Shown: positions 1 through 9,893 of the stretch, one piece after another | Position numbering within the stretch: the first letter of the stretch is position 1 | Layout of the letters: the number at the start of each line of letters is the position of its first letter | NCBI GenBank assembly: GCA_965202985.1 | Contig: CBDBCF010000001.1 | Span: forward strand, 1,408,001-1,472,000 | Origin: Longimicrobiales bacterium | Lineage (GTDB): Bacteria; Gemmatimonadota; Gemmatimonadetes; Longimicrobiales; Gaopeijiaceae | Reading direction: 5' to 3' | Length of the DNA stretch: 64,000 bases | The notes under the pieces: model-generated | Told to the model about the DNA's origin: nothing | Seen by the model: the letters and a program-made list of their open reading frames with translations, nothing else | Database searches by the model: none | Made by a program: the position numbers and the translations under genes

Positions 1-2
1 AC

Positions 3-611
3 ACTGCGACCGAAGCGCAGAGGCTCCGGGAGATCGTGGCCGAAGCAGTTGCCGAGGAACACGACTCCCTCACGTCCACACAAGTGGATTCGATAATCGC
101 GCAAGCGGCTCGCGCCGGCTCGCTGGCCCAGGAACTGAGGGAAGCCCACGAGGCCATCCGCTACCAAGCCGCACAGCTTCGCTCCAGGGACAGACTTCTG
201 GCTGGCGGTTCGGTGGACTCCTTAGCTCGGGAGAATGATCGGTGGCGGTCCCGCTCGGACTCGTTGGAGCGCGAGCTTCGAGGCCACGGTCCACCTTCGT
301 GCTGGCTCGACGCCCGTGGCGACCCCGAGCATGTCTTTCGCGTTGAGCTAACCGACGGTGGTATGAGGCTTTATGCTACCATCCCCGAGCACCGATCAAC
401 GGAAGACGAGGTAGAATTCGTCCGGCAAATCGAAGAAGGACGCGAGTACGTACCCGAGGACTTCATTCGACTCACCAGCCCGTTCCTCAGGGCCGGACTC
501 CGGGACGAGTGCAAGTTCTGGGTTCGGATCGAACGCCGAACGGAGAACGCGGCCATCTTCGAGGAACGTATACGAGAAGTTCGCAATCCCTTCTTTCCCG
601 TACTTCGTTAG
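3..611 (+). CDS. Hypothetical protein, 5'-truncated by window edge (coiled-coil followed by a Cys-containing globular C-terminal domain)
   Basis: Frame is open from position 3 (TATEAQRLREIVAEAV...). Helical coiled-coil-like N-part, then GPPSCW...VFRVELTD...ECKFWVRI. Visibly less GC-rich than downstream genes. Confidence 0.6.
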   Translation, partial: TATEAQRLREIVAEAVAEEHDSLTSTQVDSIIAQAARAGSLAQELREAHEAIRYQAAQLRSRDRLLAGGSVDSLARENDRWRSRSDSLERELRGHGPPSCWLDARGDPEHVFRVELTDGGMRLYATIPEHRSTEDEVEFVRQIEEGREYVPEDFIRLTSPFLRAGLRDECKFWVRIERRTENAAIFEERIREVRNPFFPVLR

Positions 612-693
612 AGGTGCCCGCTGGTTTTATGTTTAGACGATGCCGCCGCCTTCCATCTATTGCCCGGTCCCCGCACCCCACGAACAGGAACCC

Positions 694-1725
694 ATGAAGC
701 CTGACCGCGAACAAGTCGCCCGCTGGAAGAAGGTCCTTGCGCCCTACCTGGGCCCCGACAACGCTCGGAGCGCCGGGCAGCTCGCCATCAGCGCGGGTCT
801 CTTCGCCGGCTGCTGGACGGCGACCTACTTCGGCTTGGCGGTCGGCTACTGGCTGACGCTGTTGCTCGCGGTCCCGACCGCGGCCTTCCTCATGCGGCTC
901 TTCATGATCCAGCACGACTGCGGGCACGGGTCGTACTTTCGGTCCCAGAAGGTGGCGAACGCGGTGGGCTTCGTGATCGGGGTGCTGGCGCTGACGCCGT
1001 ACCACTACTGGCGGAAGACGCACGCGATCCATCACGCGCACTCGGGCGACCTGGACATGCGGGGCTTCGGCGACATCAGCACGAAGACGGTCAAGGAGTA
1101 CGAGGCGATGTCGCCGTGGATGCGGCTGGGGTACCGCATCTACCGCAACCCCTTCGTCATATTCGGACCCGGCGCGGCGTTCCACTTTCTGATCAAGCAC
1201 CGCTTTCCTTGGGACGTGCCGCGGGCGTGGAAGAGGGAGTGGCGCTCGGTGTGGTGGACCAACGCCGCCCTGGCCGGGATCGTCGCGCTGGCGTGGGCGA
1301 CGATCGGGCTGGAACGGTTCCTGCTGGTGCAGATTCCCGTCACGCTGTGCGCATGCGCCATGGGCGTCTGGCTCTTCTACGTGCAGCACCAGTTCGACGA
1401 AGCCTACTGGCACTGGCACGAAGACTGGAACTACTTCGACGCCGGGCTCCACGGGTCGTCGCACCTCCGGCTGCCGAAGCCGCTGCAATGGCTCACCGCC
1501 AACATCGGCCTGCACCATGTGCACCACTTGAGCGCGCGCATTCCCAACTACCGGTTGCAGCGCTGCCACGACGAGAACCCGGAGCTGTGGGCCGCGCCCA
1601 AGATGACGATCCGCGACGGCCTCAAGACGCTGAACCTGGCCCTGTGGGACGAAGGGCGGCGCAGGCTGATCTCGTTCCGCGAATACCGGCGGCTCCGCCT
1701 ATTGCCGGCGACCGGTGGAGGCTGA
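694..1725 (+). CDS. Membrane fatty acid desaturase (Des/delta5-like)
   Basis: Three His boxes HDCGH, HAIHH and HHVHH; WLFYVQHQF motif; several TM segments; ATG at 694 preceded by CAGGAA. Confidence 0.93.
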   Translation: MKPDREQVARWKKVLAPYLGPDNARSAGQLAISAGLFAGCWTATYFGLAVGYWLTLLLAVPTAAFLMRLFMIQHDCGHGSYFRSQKVANAVGFVIGVLALTPYHYWRKTHAIHHAHSGDLDMRGFGDISTKTVKEYEAMSPWMRLGYRIYRNPFVIFGPGAAFHFLIKHRFPWDVPRAWKREWRSVWWTNAALAGIVALAWATIGLERFLLVQIPVTLCACAMGVWLFYVQHQFDEAYWHWHEDWNYFDAGLHGSSHLRLPKPLQWLTANIGLHHVHHLSARIPNYRLQRCHDENPELWAAPKMTIRDGLKTLNLALWDEGRRRLISFREYRRLRLLPATGGG

Positions 1726-3205
1726 CCCCCCGCCGACCGCGGGCCAGCCCGCCTTGGACGCGCTGACCACCCGCATCGAGGCACTGGCCGAAGCGTCGCG
1801 CGCGCTGGACCCTGGTCCCGCTGACCGCAAGCACTTGCGCGACGCCGTCATGGCGTACTCGCAGGAGTTCCTGGACGCCCTGCCCACGGCCAAGACCTAC
1901 GTGGACGCTCCGGGCTTGGACTCCGGCCTGGAGGGCTTCGCCATAGCCGAATCGGCCCGTCCGGTCGAAGAGGTCCTGGCCGCCATCGGCAAGTTCGTGG
2001 ATGGCCCCGCGTTGAACCCGGCGTCGGGCGGGCACCTGGGCTACATCCCCGGCGGGGGCCTGTACCCGTCGGCGCTGGGCGACTACCTGGCCGCCGTGAC
2101 CAACCGCTTCGCGGGTCTCTACTTCGCGTCGCCGGGGGCGGTGCGGATGGGCAACATGCTGCTGCGCTGGATGGCGGACCTGGTGGGCTACCCGCCCGAG
2201 GTCGGCGGCGACTTGGCCAGCGGCGGCTCCATCGCCAACCTGACCGCCGTCGTCACCGCCCGCGAGGCCAAGTGGGTCCGCTCCGCCAACGTGCCCCGCG
2301 CGGTGGTCTACACGACGCGCCATGCGCATCACTGCATCGGCAAGGCGCTGGTGGTGGCGGGCCTGCGCGAGAGCATCGTGCGTCACGTGGAGATGGACGA
2401 CGGGTACCGCATGTCGCCCCAGGACTTGGCGGACAAGATCGAAGCCGACCGGCGCAATCGGCTGCTGCCGTTCATGGTCGTGGCGACCGCGGGCACGACC
2501 GACACCGGCGCGGTGGACCCCATCGACCAGATCGCGGACGTGGCCGCGGCGAACGACGTCTGGTACCACGTGGACGCGGCCTACGGCGGCTTCTTCGCCC
2601 TGTGCCCCGAAGCGCCCCCCGCCCTGTCCGCCCTTCACCGAGCCGACTCGCTGGTGCTGGACCCGCACAAGGGACTTTTCCTGCCCTACGGCACCGGCGC
2701 CCTGCTGGTGCGCGACCGCGAGGCCCTGCGCAACGCCCACACTCACGTCGCCCCCTATCTGCGCGACGCTTGGGAAGACGAAGCGTCCCCGTCTCCCGCC
2801 GACCACTCCCCCGAGCTGAGCCGCCACTTCCGCGCCATGCGCCTGTGGCTGCCCCTCCAGCTCTTCGGCCTCGCCCCCTTCCGCGCCGCCTTGAGCGAGA
2901 AGTACTGGCTGGCCCGCTACCTGTACGAGAAGGTCCAGCGCCTGCCCCACGTCGAAGTCGGCCCCGAACCCGACCTGTCCGTGGTCATGTTCCGCTGGAC
3001 GCCGCCGGGACGGGACGCCAACGAGGCCAACGAAGCCCTGATCCGCAGAATCCACGCCGACGGCCGCGTGTTCCTGTCGTCCACAGTGCTGGGCGGGGAG
3101 ATCTGGCTGCGCTTCGGCGTCCTGTCGTTCCGCACTCACAAGGAGACCGCGGACTTGGCGCTGGAGGTGGTGCAGGACGCCGTGCGGGCGGAGGCGGGCG
3201 GCTAA
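1715..3205 (+). CDS. Group II PLP-dependent amino acid decarboxylase
   Basis: SGGSIAN, VATAGTTDTGAVDP, WYHVDAAYGG, ADSLVLDPHK (PLP lysine), ELSRHFRA. Start overlaps the desaturase 3' end. Confidence 0.92.
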   Translation: MEADPPPTAGQPALDALTTRIEALAEASRALDPGPADRKHLRDAVMAYSQEFLDALPTAKTYVDAPGLDSGLEGFAIAESARPVEEVLAAIGKFVDGPALNPASGGHLGYIPGGGLYPSALGDYLAAVTNRFAGLYFASPGAVRMGNMLLRWMADLVGYPPEVGGDLASGGSIANLTAVVTAREAKWVRSANVPRAVVYTTRHAHHCIGKALVVAGLRESIVRHVEMDDGYRMSPQDLADKIEADRRNRLLPFMVVATAGTTDTGAVDPIDQIADVAAANDVWYHVDAAYGGFFALCPEAPPALSALHRADSLVLDPHKGLFLPYGTGALLVRDREALRNAHTHVAPYLRDAWEDEASPSPADHSPELSRHFRAMRLWLPLQLFGLAPFRAALSEKYWLARYLYEKVQRLPHVEVGPEPDLSVVMFRWTPPGRDANEANEALIRRIHADGRVFLSSTVLGGEIWLRFGVLSFRTHKETADLALEVVQDAVRAEAGG

Positions 3206-3239
3206 CGGCGCACCCCAGGCGCAACGAACGCCCGACGGC

Positions 3240-4100
3240 TTATGGTCGCCGGCCGGCCTCGGCGCGACCCAGCCCCCGCGGGACGTCGGTGGCGCTGGGG
3301 AAGGCAGCATACATCTCGGCTTCCTCATGGCCGACCACGCCCCTGCCGTCCGAAAGCAACCACGCGTGAAGCTCCAGGTCCTTGCCGGGCCGCCGCCGGA
3401 CGCCGATGACCAAGCGGCTGGACAGTCCCCGCCGACGCAACATCCACTGCGCGGCCATTGCCTGGGGCAGGCACACCGCCTCGAACGGCACCCGCTCGGC
3501 CACGCCTCTCACTGCCCTTCCCACCTTGCGGGCGACGGCATGTTCGGTTGGGCGGATCCGGGGGCCGGCGGGCAGTTGCGGATTGCCGTCGGGAAGTCCG
3601 CCCGCAACGGTCTCTCCGCCGGTGATCATCCACTTCTTGTAGCGGCCAAAGGGCACGTACTTGACCACCAAGCGGGCCAGAAGCAACAGAGTCGCAGCTT
3701 CCACGGCCATGGCCTTGGTCGAGTTGGAAGCACGCATCAACACGACCACGGCGCCGATGCGGGACCGGCGATGCGACAGATCGTCAAGCCGCCAGAACGC
3801 CATCCACGCCAGCTCGCGAACCGCTGGCCGGAATCCGCGCTTCAGCAACATTGCGCTCGCCTTGACCCGGGCCTTCTCCGCCACGCCGCGCGGGCCGGAC
3901 CTGACCCAACTTGTCGCAACCCGTTCGGCAACCCACGCGGCCCGACGACGGCCCGCCTTGGACCACGCGGTCGGCTGAACGGGAACATCCAGATGAAATG
4001 CCCGACGGCACAACAGCACCACGGAAGCAAGTGCGCGCTCCAGACGCGCTTCCCGGAACCGAGCTTGCACATCCTGAAGCTCCTGCGGGTCTCGTGCCAT
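3240..4100 (-). CDS. Lasso-peptide B2-type transglutaminase-like peptidase domain, in frame with the C-terminal remnant of a nucleotidyltransferase
   Basis: EAATLLLLARL...VPF, then CLPQAMAAQWMLRRRG...LVIGVRR...LHAWL (Cys/His of Transglut_core3). The N-terminal ~110 aa resemble the tail of NTP_transf_5 proteins. Confidence 0.8.
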   Translation of the reverse strand: MARDPQELQDVQARFREARLERALASVVLLCRRAFHLDVPVQPTAWSKAGRRRAAWVAERVATSWVRSGPRGVAEKARVKASAMLLKRGFRPAVRELAWMAFWRLDDLSHRRSRIGAVVVLMRASNSTKAMAVEAATLLLLARLVVKYVPFGRYKKWMITGGETVAGGLPDGNPQLPAGPRIRPTEHAVARKVGRAVRGVAERVPFEAVCLPQAMAAQWMLRRRGLSSRLVIGVRRRPGKDLELHAWLLSDGRGVVGHEEAEMYAAFPSATDVPRGLGRAEAGRRP

Positions 4101-4444
4101 GTCCGTACAGCCGCTGGCTCAGCGGCAGACCCTTCAGAACCAAGCACGGGACGTTCGCGGCGGCACGAAGGCGAGCTTGGTCGCGAACTTGCCGGATCGT
4201 GGCCAGCGGCAGATCGCCCCAGCGCAGGGCGACCTTCGATCCCATGCAGGAACAACCCGGCCACGCGGCGGCGGCTCACCAGGGCCGCAAGGCCGTTCCA
4301 ATCCGCAACGTTCAGCAGCAGCTGGTCGTCCGACGCAGGGTCGCGCTCCGGCTCCGGCGCGCCGTGCACTTGGCGCAGGAACCGGCTCAGGGAAAGCCTC
4401 AGTCCGGCCAACAGACCGTCCAGCGGGCTGGTCGACGATGCCAT
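4101..4444 (-). pseudogene. Degraded NTP_transf_5-like nucleotidyltransferase 5' part (frameshifted, catalytic core deleted)
   Basis: DWNGLAALVSRRRVAGLF in one frame and VPCLVLKGLPLSQRLYG in another (frame switch ~4220). The expected following DxD motif is absent and the frame switches again at ~4100. Confidence 0.7.
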
Positions 4445-4461
4445 GGCGCCGATTAGTGATA

Positions 4462-5745
4462 CTATGGTACCATGCCGTGGCGCCGCAACACGTCCAGCAC
4501 CGCCTCAATCGGCAGCGCTTCGCGTGTTCCCCAACGGCTGGCCACCGTCGTGGCCTTGAACATGGAGTTGTAGATCGCCTCTTCGGTGGCCTCGATCGTG
4601 GCCTGGAAGAGAGGGGAGACGCGGTCGTTGGTCAGGTCCGTCACGGTTCGTTCCCCGTCGCCGGGACGCCTGCGGACGCTCGGCGCGGTCGAGAACGCGA
4701 TCACGTAGTCGCCGGACCCGTTGCCTGCGTATGAACCCGTCCGGGACAGTCCCATGATCGCCCGGGCCGCCACCCGGCCCAGGTTCCTCTCGGACAGGGG
4801 CGCGTCGGTGGCCACCACGATCATGATCGACCCCTTGTCGGATTCGCCCTCGGGCTCCAAGTCGCCGGATCCCGGCCGCGGCTGGAAGGGATAGCGCCCC
4901 AGCGCGCGGCCCACCGGCGCCCCGGCGATCTGCAGGACCCCCCCGAAGTTGGACTGCACCAGCACGCCCACGGCGTAGCCCCCGACCGGGGGCGGGAGCA
5001 CGCGAGAGCTCGTGCCGATGCCGCCCTTCCACCCAAACGCCGACGTTCCCGTGCCGGCGCCCACGCTCCCTTCCTCCACCGGCCCCGACAAGGCTCCGTC
5101 CAGCGCTTGGCGCACGTGCTCCGCCGTCACGGGCCGCGCGCGAATGTCGTTCAGACGGCCGTCGTTGGTCTCGCCCACCACCGGGTTGATCGACCGAACC
5201 TCTTCCATGCCCTCCTGCGCCAAGGCCCATTCGACCATGGCGTCGGCCGCCTTCCACACGCACAGCGTGCAGGTGAGCAGGACGGGGGTCTCGAGTTCGC
5301 CCAGCTCCTGCACCTGCGTGACGCCCGCGAGCTTGCCGAAGCCGTTGCCCACGTGGACGGCGGCCGGCACGCGGTCGAAGTAGATGTTGCCGGCGTGGGG
5401 AAGGATCGCGGTGACGCCGGTGCGGACGCTGTCTCCTTCGACGACGGTGGCGTGGCCGACGCGGACGCCGGTCACGTCGGTGATCGCGTTGAAGGGGCCG
5501 GGCTGGAATACGCCCGGAGCGATGCCGAGCTCGCGGGCGCGCGGGCGGGCTACGGGGGTTCCTTGCGTCTTTCCGGCGCTCTGCGTCTGCCGGACTTCCG
5601 CAGACAGGGTTTCGGCGGTCGGGGCTTCGGTGGCCAAGCTCGAAGCACCCGGCAACGCCGTCGCGGCAAGTGCAACGCCGATCGGTAAGAGCGTTGCCCG
5701 CGTCCGAACCCAGGAGCGGCGGGGCGGCCAAGCCGTCTTCGTCAT
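4462..5745 (-). CDS. dmpA: P1/S58 family L-aminopeptidase/D-esterase (DmpA-like), with signal peptide
   Basis: NAITDVTGVRVGHAT, GNGFGKL, PVVGETNDG, EGSVGAGTG, KGGIGTSSR, NG|SGD autoproteolysis site. ATG at 5745 overlaps the ctaB stop (ATGA). Confidence 0.92.
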   Translation of the reverse strand: MTKTAWPPRRSWVRTRATLLPIGVALAATALPGASSLATEAPTAETLSAEVRQTQSAGKTQGTPVARPRARELGIAPGVFQPGPFNAITDVTGVRVGHATVVEGDSVRTGVTAILPHAGNIYFDRVPAAVHVGNGFGKLAGVTQVQELGELETPVLLTCTLCVWKAADAMVEWALAQEGMEEVRSINPVVGETNDGRLNDIRARPVTAEHVRQALDGALSGPVEEGSVGAGTGTSAFGWKGGIGTSSRVLPPPVGGYAVGVLVQSNFGGVLQIAGAPVGRALGRYPFQPRPGSGDLEPEGESDKGSIMIVVATDAPLSERNLGRVAARAIMGLSRTGSYAGNGSGDYVIAFSTAPSVRRRPGDGERTVTDLTNDRVSPLFQATIEATEEAIYNSMFKATTVASRWGTREALPIEAVLDVLRRHGMVP

Positions 5746-6659
5746 AGCGCTGCGACGACCATCGAACCCAGCAGCAGCGGATGGTACGCAAGCGAGCCAA
5801 GAAACACCCGGCGGCAACGAAGCGGTGTCGGCGCGCGCCAGAACGCCGCCGACGCCGCGACCAGCGCCGAGCCCAGGGCCAGCGCCGCCAACGAATAAGG
5901 CATCCGGGTCGTGTTCAGCGCGACGGGCAGGACGCTGGCGGGAACCAGCGCCGTGGAGTAGCCCAGCATGAGCGCCCCTGCCAGCCGGGGCGAACCTTCC
6001 GGGATCAGGCGAAAGCCCGCCCGCGCATAATCTTCCCGCAGGCTCCACGCCAAGGCCAGGACATGAACGATCTGCCAAAGGAACAAGATGCCGAAGAGCG
6101 CCAAGCCGGGTGGAACGGGGGCGCCGGCGTGGGCGGTCCAGCCGATCAGCACCGGCAGGGCGCCGGGCACCGCGCCCACAAGCGTGGCCAACGGCGAACG
6201 CAGCTTGAGCGGCGTGTAGGCCCCGTTGTACAAGAGCGCCGCAGCCGCCGCCAGCGCCGCCGGCAGCCAGCCGCACCAGTACCAGAGGTGGCCGGCGCCC
6301 GCCAGCAGCAGTACCCAGCCGAAGAGCCGGGCCCGGACGGGCGGGATGCGCCCCGACGGCACGGGCCGCTGCCGCGTGCGCACCATCAGGGCGTCGTGCG
6401 CGTGCTCCAGGTATTGGTTCAGAGCCAACGCCCCGGCAGTGCTCAGCAACGTCCCGCCCACGACGTGCAGAAGCAGTGCCGGCGAGACTTCGGGCAACGC
6501 CGCCAGCACGTAGCCCGCGGCGGCCGTCGCCGCCACGTAGAAGGTGATTCCGGGCTTGGTCAGCTCCATGTAGGCGGACCAACCGCGCCGCCCCGGCAAC
6601 CCGCCCCTCGCCCGGGCGCCGCTTCGGTCGCCCCCCCGCAGGCGGTCCTCCAGGCTCAC
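5742..6659 (-). CDS. ctaB: Protoheme IX farnesyltransferase (heme O synthase)
   Basis: YMELTKPGI, ALNQYLEHAHDALMVRTRQRPVPSG, YTPLK, GAVPGALPVLIGW, LFLWQIVH. GTG at 6659 overlaps the SDR stop. Confidence 0.92.
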   Translation of the reverse strand: MSLEDRLRGGDRSGARARGGLPGRRGWSAYMELTKPGITFYVAATAAAGYVLAALPEVSPALLLHVVGGTLLSTAGALALNQYLEHAHDALMVRTRQRPVPSGRIPPVRARLFGWVLLLAGAGHLWYWCGWLPAALAAAAALLYNGAYTPLKLRSPLATLVGAVPGALPVLIGWTAHAGAPVPPGLALFGILFLWQIVHVLALAWSLREDYARAGFRLIPEGSPRLAGALMLGYSTALVPASVLPVALNTTRMPYSLAALALGSALVAASAAFWRAPTPLRCRRVFLGSLAYHPLLLGSMVVAAL

Positions 6660-7447
6660 AGCAGCCCTTGCACCAAGCCGCCGTCGATCTGCAACGTGTG
6701 GCCGGTCACGTACGATGCCGCCTCCGACGCCAGGAACGCCACTGCGTTGGCGAACTCTTCCGGCCGGCCGATGCGTCTCATGGGCACGCCGCCGGCCAGC
6801 GTCTCGCGGATCGCTTCGGACGTAGTCCCTTCGGCCTCGGCCCGTGCCTGGAACAGGGCGTTCAGGCGGTCGGTCGCCACGTACCCCGGCGCCGCCACGT
6901 TGCACAGGATGCCGTCGGACGCCAGCTCCTGCGAGATCGTCTTGACGAAGCCGACCACCCCCGGCCGCGAGGTGTTGGACAGGACCAGTCCCGGCACCGG
7001 CTGCTTCACCGAAACGGAGGTGATCGCCACGATGCGTCCCCAGCGGTTCTGGCGCATGTGCGGGACGGCCGCCAGCACGAGCTGCACGGTGGACATCAGG
7101 TTCAGCTCCAGGGCGTCCCGATAAGCTTCGGGGCCGAAGGCGTCGGCGCCTCCGGGTGGCGGTCCGCCGGCGTTCGCGACCAGCACGTCGAGTCGCCCGA
7201 ACTCCGCCACGGCCTGCTCCACGGCGTCCGTGCAGAACTCCGGTTCCCTTACGTCTCCGGCAACGGGCACCACCCGTCGGCCCGTGTCTCGCGCGATCTC
7301 TGCGGCCGCGGCCTCCAGAGGCGCCGGCGAGCGCGCCGCAACGACCACGTCGGTGCCCTCCATGGCCAGCCGCTCCGCCACGGCGCGCCCCAGCCCCAGG
7401 GAAGCCCCCGTCACCAGGGCCGCGCGGCCCGTCAGTCCAAGGTCCAT
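6656..7447 (-). CDS. SDR family oxidoreductase
   Basis: TGASLGLG Rossmann motif, ANAGGPPPG, SNTSR (atypical YxxxK), IGRPEEFA...YVTG...IDGG. RBS GGAGG upstream. Confidence 0.93.
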   Translation of the reverse strand: MDLGLTGRAALVTGASLGLGRAVAERLAMEGTDVVVAARSPAPLEAAAAEIARDTGRRVVPVAGDVREPEFCTDAVEQAVAEFGRLDVLVANAGGPPPGGADAFGPEAYRDALELNLMSTVQLVLAAVPHMRQNRWGRIVAITSVSVKQPVPGLVLSNTSRPGVVGFVKTISQELASDGILCNVAAPGYVATDRLNALFQARAEAEGTTSEAIRETLAGGVPMRRIGRPEEFANAVAFLASEAASYVTGHTLQIDGGLVQGLL

Positions 7448-7538
7448 ATCGATTTCCTCCCCTTCGGTTTCGGCCCATCGCTAGAATAGTGGCCTACGGC
7501 CTGCCGGGTAAGGCCGGGGGCCGGCGGGCAGGGGCGAC

Positions 7539-7578
7539 AGCCGCCGGGCGCGAGGGAAGCCGCCGGGCGCGAGGGAAG
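7539..7578. repeat. 19-bp tandem duplication in divergent intergenic region
   Basis: AGCCGCCGGGCGCGAGGGA twice, head to tail. Confidence 0.8.
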
Positions 7579-7616
7579 ATCGCGGCTCGCCAAGAAAGGT
7601 CGGGAACAAGCGAGAG

Positions 7617-8294
7617 ATGGACCGGGCAAGACCAGAAACGGCCGAATCGACCGTAGCGGGCCGGCGCCGCAAGGACCGGCGGCTGTGGCGGGGGGCGTTC
7701 GCGGCGTCGCTTGCGGTCCACCTGCTCGTCCTGCTGTTGGGAGATCGGCGGCCCATCCCCCTTGCGCCCTTCGCCGCCGCAGGCCCCAAGGCCGGAGACG
7801 ACCGGGCCGCGGCCGGGGGCATGGAGGCGCTGAACGTCCGCGTCCCGCCACGCCCTCCGGTGACGCCGCCGGCGATCCCGATCGAGGTGACGGTGGAGAT
7901 CGAGCCCCTGGACTTGGAGCCCGACATGACCTTCGACATGGCCGCCGTGCTGGGGGAACCGGGCCCACCCGGCCCGCCGGGGCTGGCGGACGGAGACGGC
8001 GAAGGCGACGGAGGCACGGCGGCGGAAGGGCTCCGGCGGGTGCTGCCGCCGACGCCCCGCGGCATGATCATCCCCCCGGCCAACAACGACCTGCGCGGCA
8101 CGGAGATCGAGGTATGGGTCTTCGTGGACGAGCGCGGCCGCGTGGTGCCCGACTCCACCAGGCTGAACCCGGTCACGCGCAACGGCCGCTTCAACCGCCA
8201 GCTGATCCAAGAGGCGGCCCAGTGGGTGTTCCGCCCCGGCACGCTCGACGGCGAGCCCGTGGCCACGTGGTTCTCTTACGTGATCTCCATGTAG
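7617..8294 (+). CDS. TonB-like energy transducer family protein
   Basis: N-terminal TM with SLAVH, Pro/Gly-rich linker, and C-terminal TonB_C-like VFVDERGRV...AAQWVFRPGTLDGEPV. Confidence 0.72.
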   Translation: MDRARPETAESTVAGRRRKDRRLWRGAFAASLAVHLLVLLLGDRRPIPLAPFAAAGPKAGDDRAAAGGMEALNVRVPPRPPVTPPAIPIEVTVEIEPLDLEPDMTFDMAAVLGEPGPPGPPGLADGDGEGDGGTAAEGLRRVLPPTPRGMIIPPANNDLRGTEIEVWVFVDERGRVVPDSTRLNPVTRNGRFNRQLIQEAAQWVFRPGTLDGEPVATWFSYVISM

Positions 8295-8300
8295 GTCGCC

Positions 8301-9893
8301 ATGTTGCGTGTCGCCAAGCGAATCCTGTGGGTGGACGACGAGATCGACCTGTTGCGCCCGCACCTCCTCTTTCTGCAACAGCGGGGCTATCACGTCGACG
8401 CGGTCGTCAACGGGGACGACGCGCTGGCGCTGCTTCGCGAGCACGCCTACGAGCTGATCCTGCTGGACGAGCAGATGCCGGGCCGACGCGGCCTGGAGGT
8501 CCTGAAGGCGATCCGGCGCGACGACCCGCACGCCCAGGTCGTGATGGTCACCAAGTCGGAAGAGGACCGCACGATGACGGAGGCGATCGGACGCCACGTG
8601 GAGGACTACTTGGTGAAGCCCGTCAGTCCGCGCCAGGTTTTGTCGGTGGTGACGCGCATCTTGGAGGGGTCGTCGATCCAGCAGCAGCGCGCGGCCCAAG
8701 ACTTCGCGGCCCGCTGGCCGGCGCTGGTCCGTCGCCGCGAGCAGGCGTCCACCGCCCACGGCTTCGCCCAGGTCTATCGAGAGCTGGTCGACTGGCACCT
8801 CCGCATGGAGAGCGCGGGAGAGCGCGGGCTGATGGACACGGTGGAGTCGCTGCAAGAGGACCTGCGCCACGACTTCGGACGCTGGGTCGTCGGCAAGTAC
8901 CCGGCTTGGACCCGAGGCGAGGACGACCCGCCCGAGCTGTCGGTGGACATCGTGCGCCGGCGTCTGTTGCCCCTTCTGGGTCGCGACCCCGTGTTCTTCG
9001 TGGTGCTGGACTGCATGCGGCTGGACCAGTGGCGGGCGATCTCGCCGCTCCTGGCCGGCCTCTTCGAGATCGAGGAGAGCTACCACTACTCGATCTTGCC
9101 CACGGCCACGCCCTACGCCCGCAACGCGCTCTTCTCGGGTCTGTACCCGGACCAGATCGCCGCCGCCCGTCCCGGCTGGTGGGACTCGTCCGACGACGAG
9201 GGGTCGCTCAACGCCTTCGAGGACGACTTGCTGCGCGACCAGTTGAGCCGCCTGGCGGGTCGCGAGGTGCCCGTGCACTACGAGAAGGTCTTCACGGACC
9301 GCAAGGCGGACCGGGTGGTGCCCCGCGTTCGGGCCGCGACGGGAACGCCGGACTCGGTGATCGCCCTCGTCTTCAACTTCGTGGACTTGATGACGCACGG
9401 CCGCTCCGAGTCTCCCATCCTCATGGAGGTTGCGCGCGACGAGGCCGCGCTGCGCCAGTTGACCCGCTCCTGGTTCGAGCGCTCCACGGCGTTCTCCGTG
9501 CTCAAGGAAGCCGCCGGCCGAGGCCATCGAGTTCTGCTTACCACCGACCACGGCTCGATTCACTGTCGGCGGCCCGCCACCGTGCTGGCCCGGCGCAACA
9601 CGACCTCGGCCCTTCGCTACAAGTTCGGCCACGACTTGCGGGCCAAGAACCGCGGCACGGCGTTCGCTTCCCGCAAGGCCAGCGACCTGCGGTTCCCCGA
9701 GGGCGCGCCCGGCACGCGGTACCTAGTGGCGCTGGACGACTACTTCTTCGTGTACCCCACCCGCCTTCGCGAGTACCAGCGGCGCTACCGCAACTCCTTC
9801 CTTCACGGGGGCATCTCGCCCGAGGAGATGATCGTCCCCGTGGCCACCCTTCAGCCCCGCCGACGACGCCGGCCCGACGCGGACGACGAATGA
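8301..9893 (+). CDS. porX: PorX-like response regulator (REC + PglZ/alkaline-phosphatase superfamily domain)
   Basis: ILWVDDEIDLLRPHLLFL, LLDEQMPG, MVTKSEE, YLVKPV; PglZ motifs VLDCMRLDQW, SILPTATPYARNALFSG, FNFVDLMTH, TTDHG, FLHGGISPEEM. Confidence 0.88.
   Translation: MLRVAKRILWVDDEIDLLRPHLLFLQQRGYHVDAVVNGDDALALLREHAYELILLDEQMPGRRGLEVLKAIRRDDPHAQVVMVTKSEEDRTMTEAIGRHVEDYLVKPVSPRQVLSVVTRILEGSSIQQQRAAQDFAARWPALVRRREQASTAHGFAQVYRELVDWHLRMESAGERGLMDTVESLQEDLRHDFGRWVVGKYPAWTRGEDDPPELSVDIVRRRLLPLLGRDPVFFVVLDCMRLDQWRAISPLLAGLFEIEESYHYSILPTATPYARNALFSGLYPDQIAAARPGWWDSSDDEGSLNAFEDDLLRDQLSRLAGREVPVHYEKVFTDRKADRVVPRVRAATGTPDSVIALVFNFVDLMTHGRSESPILMEVARDEAALRQLTRSWFERSTAFSVLKEAAGRGHRVLLTTDHGSIHCRRPATVLARRNTTSALRYKFGHDLRAKNRGTAFASRKASDLRFPEGAPGTRYLVALDDYFFVYPTRLREYQRRYRNSFLHGGISPEEMIVPVATLQPRRRRRPDADDE

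Noticed and set aside
7685..9889. 1335-aa ORF 7685..11692 as one protein
   Set aside because: The N-terminal part is an Arg/Pro/Gly-rich off-frame read over the TonB-like and porX genes; the real exporter starts at 9890.
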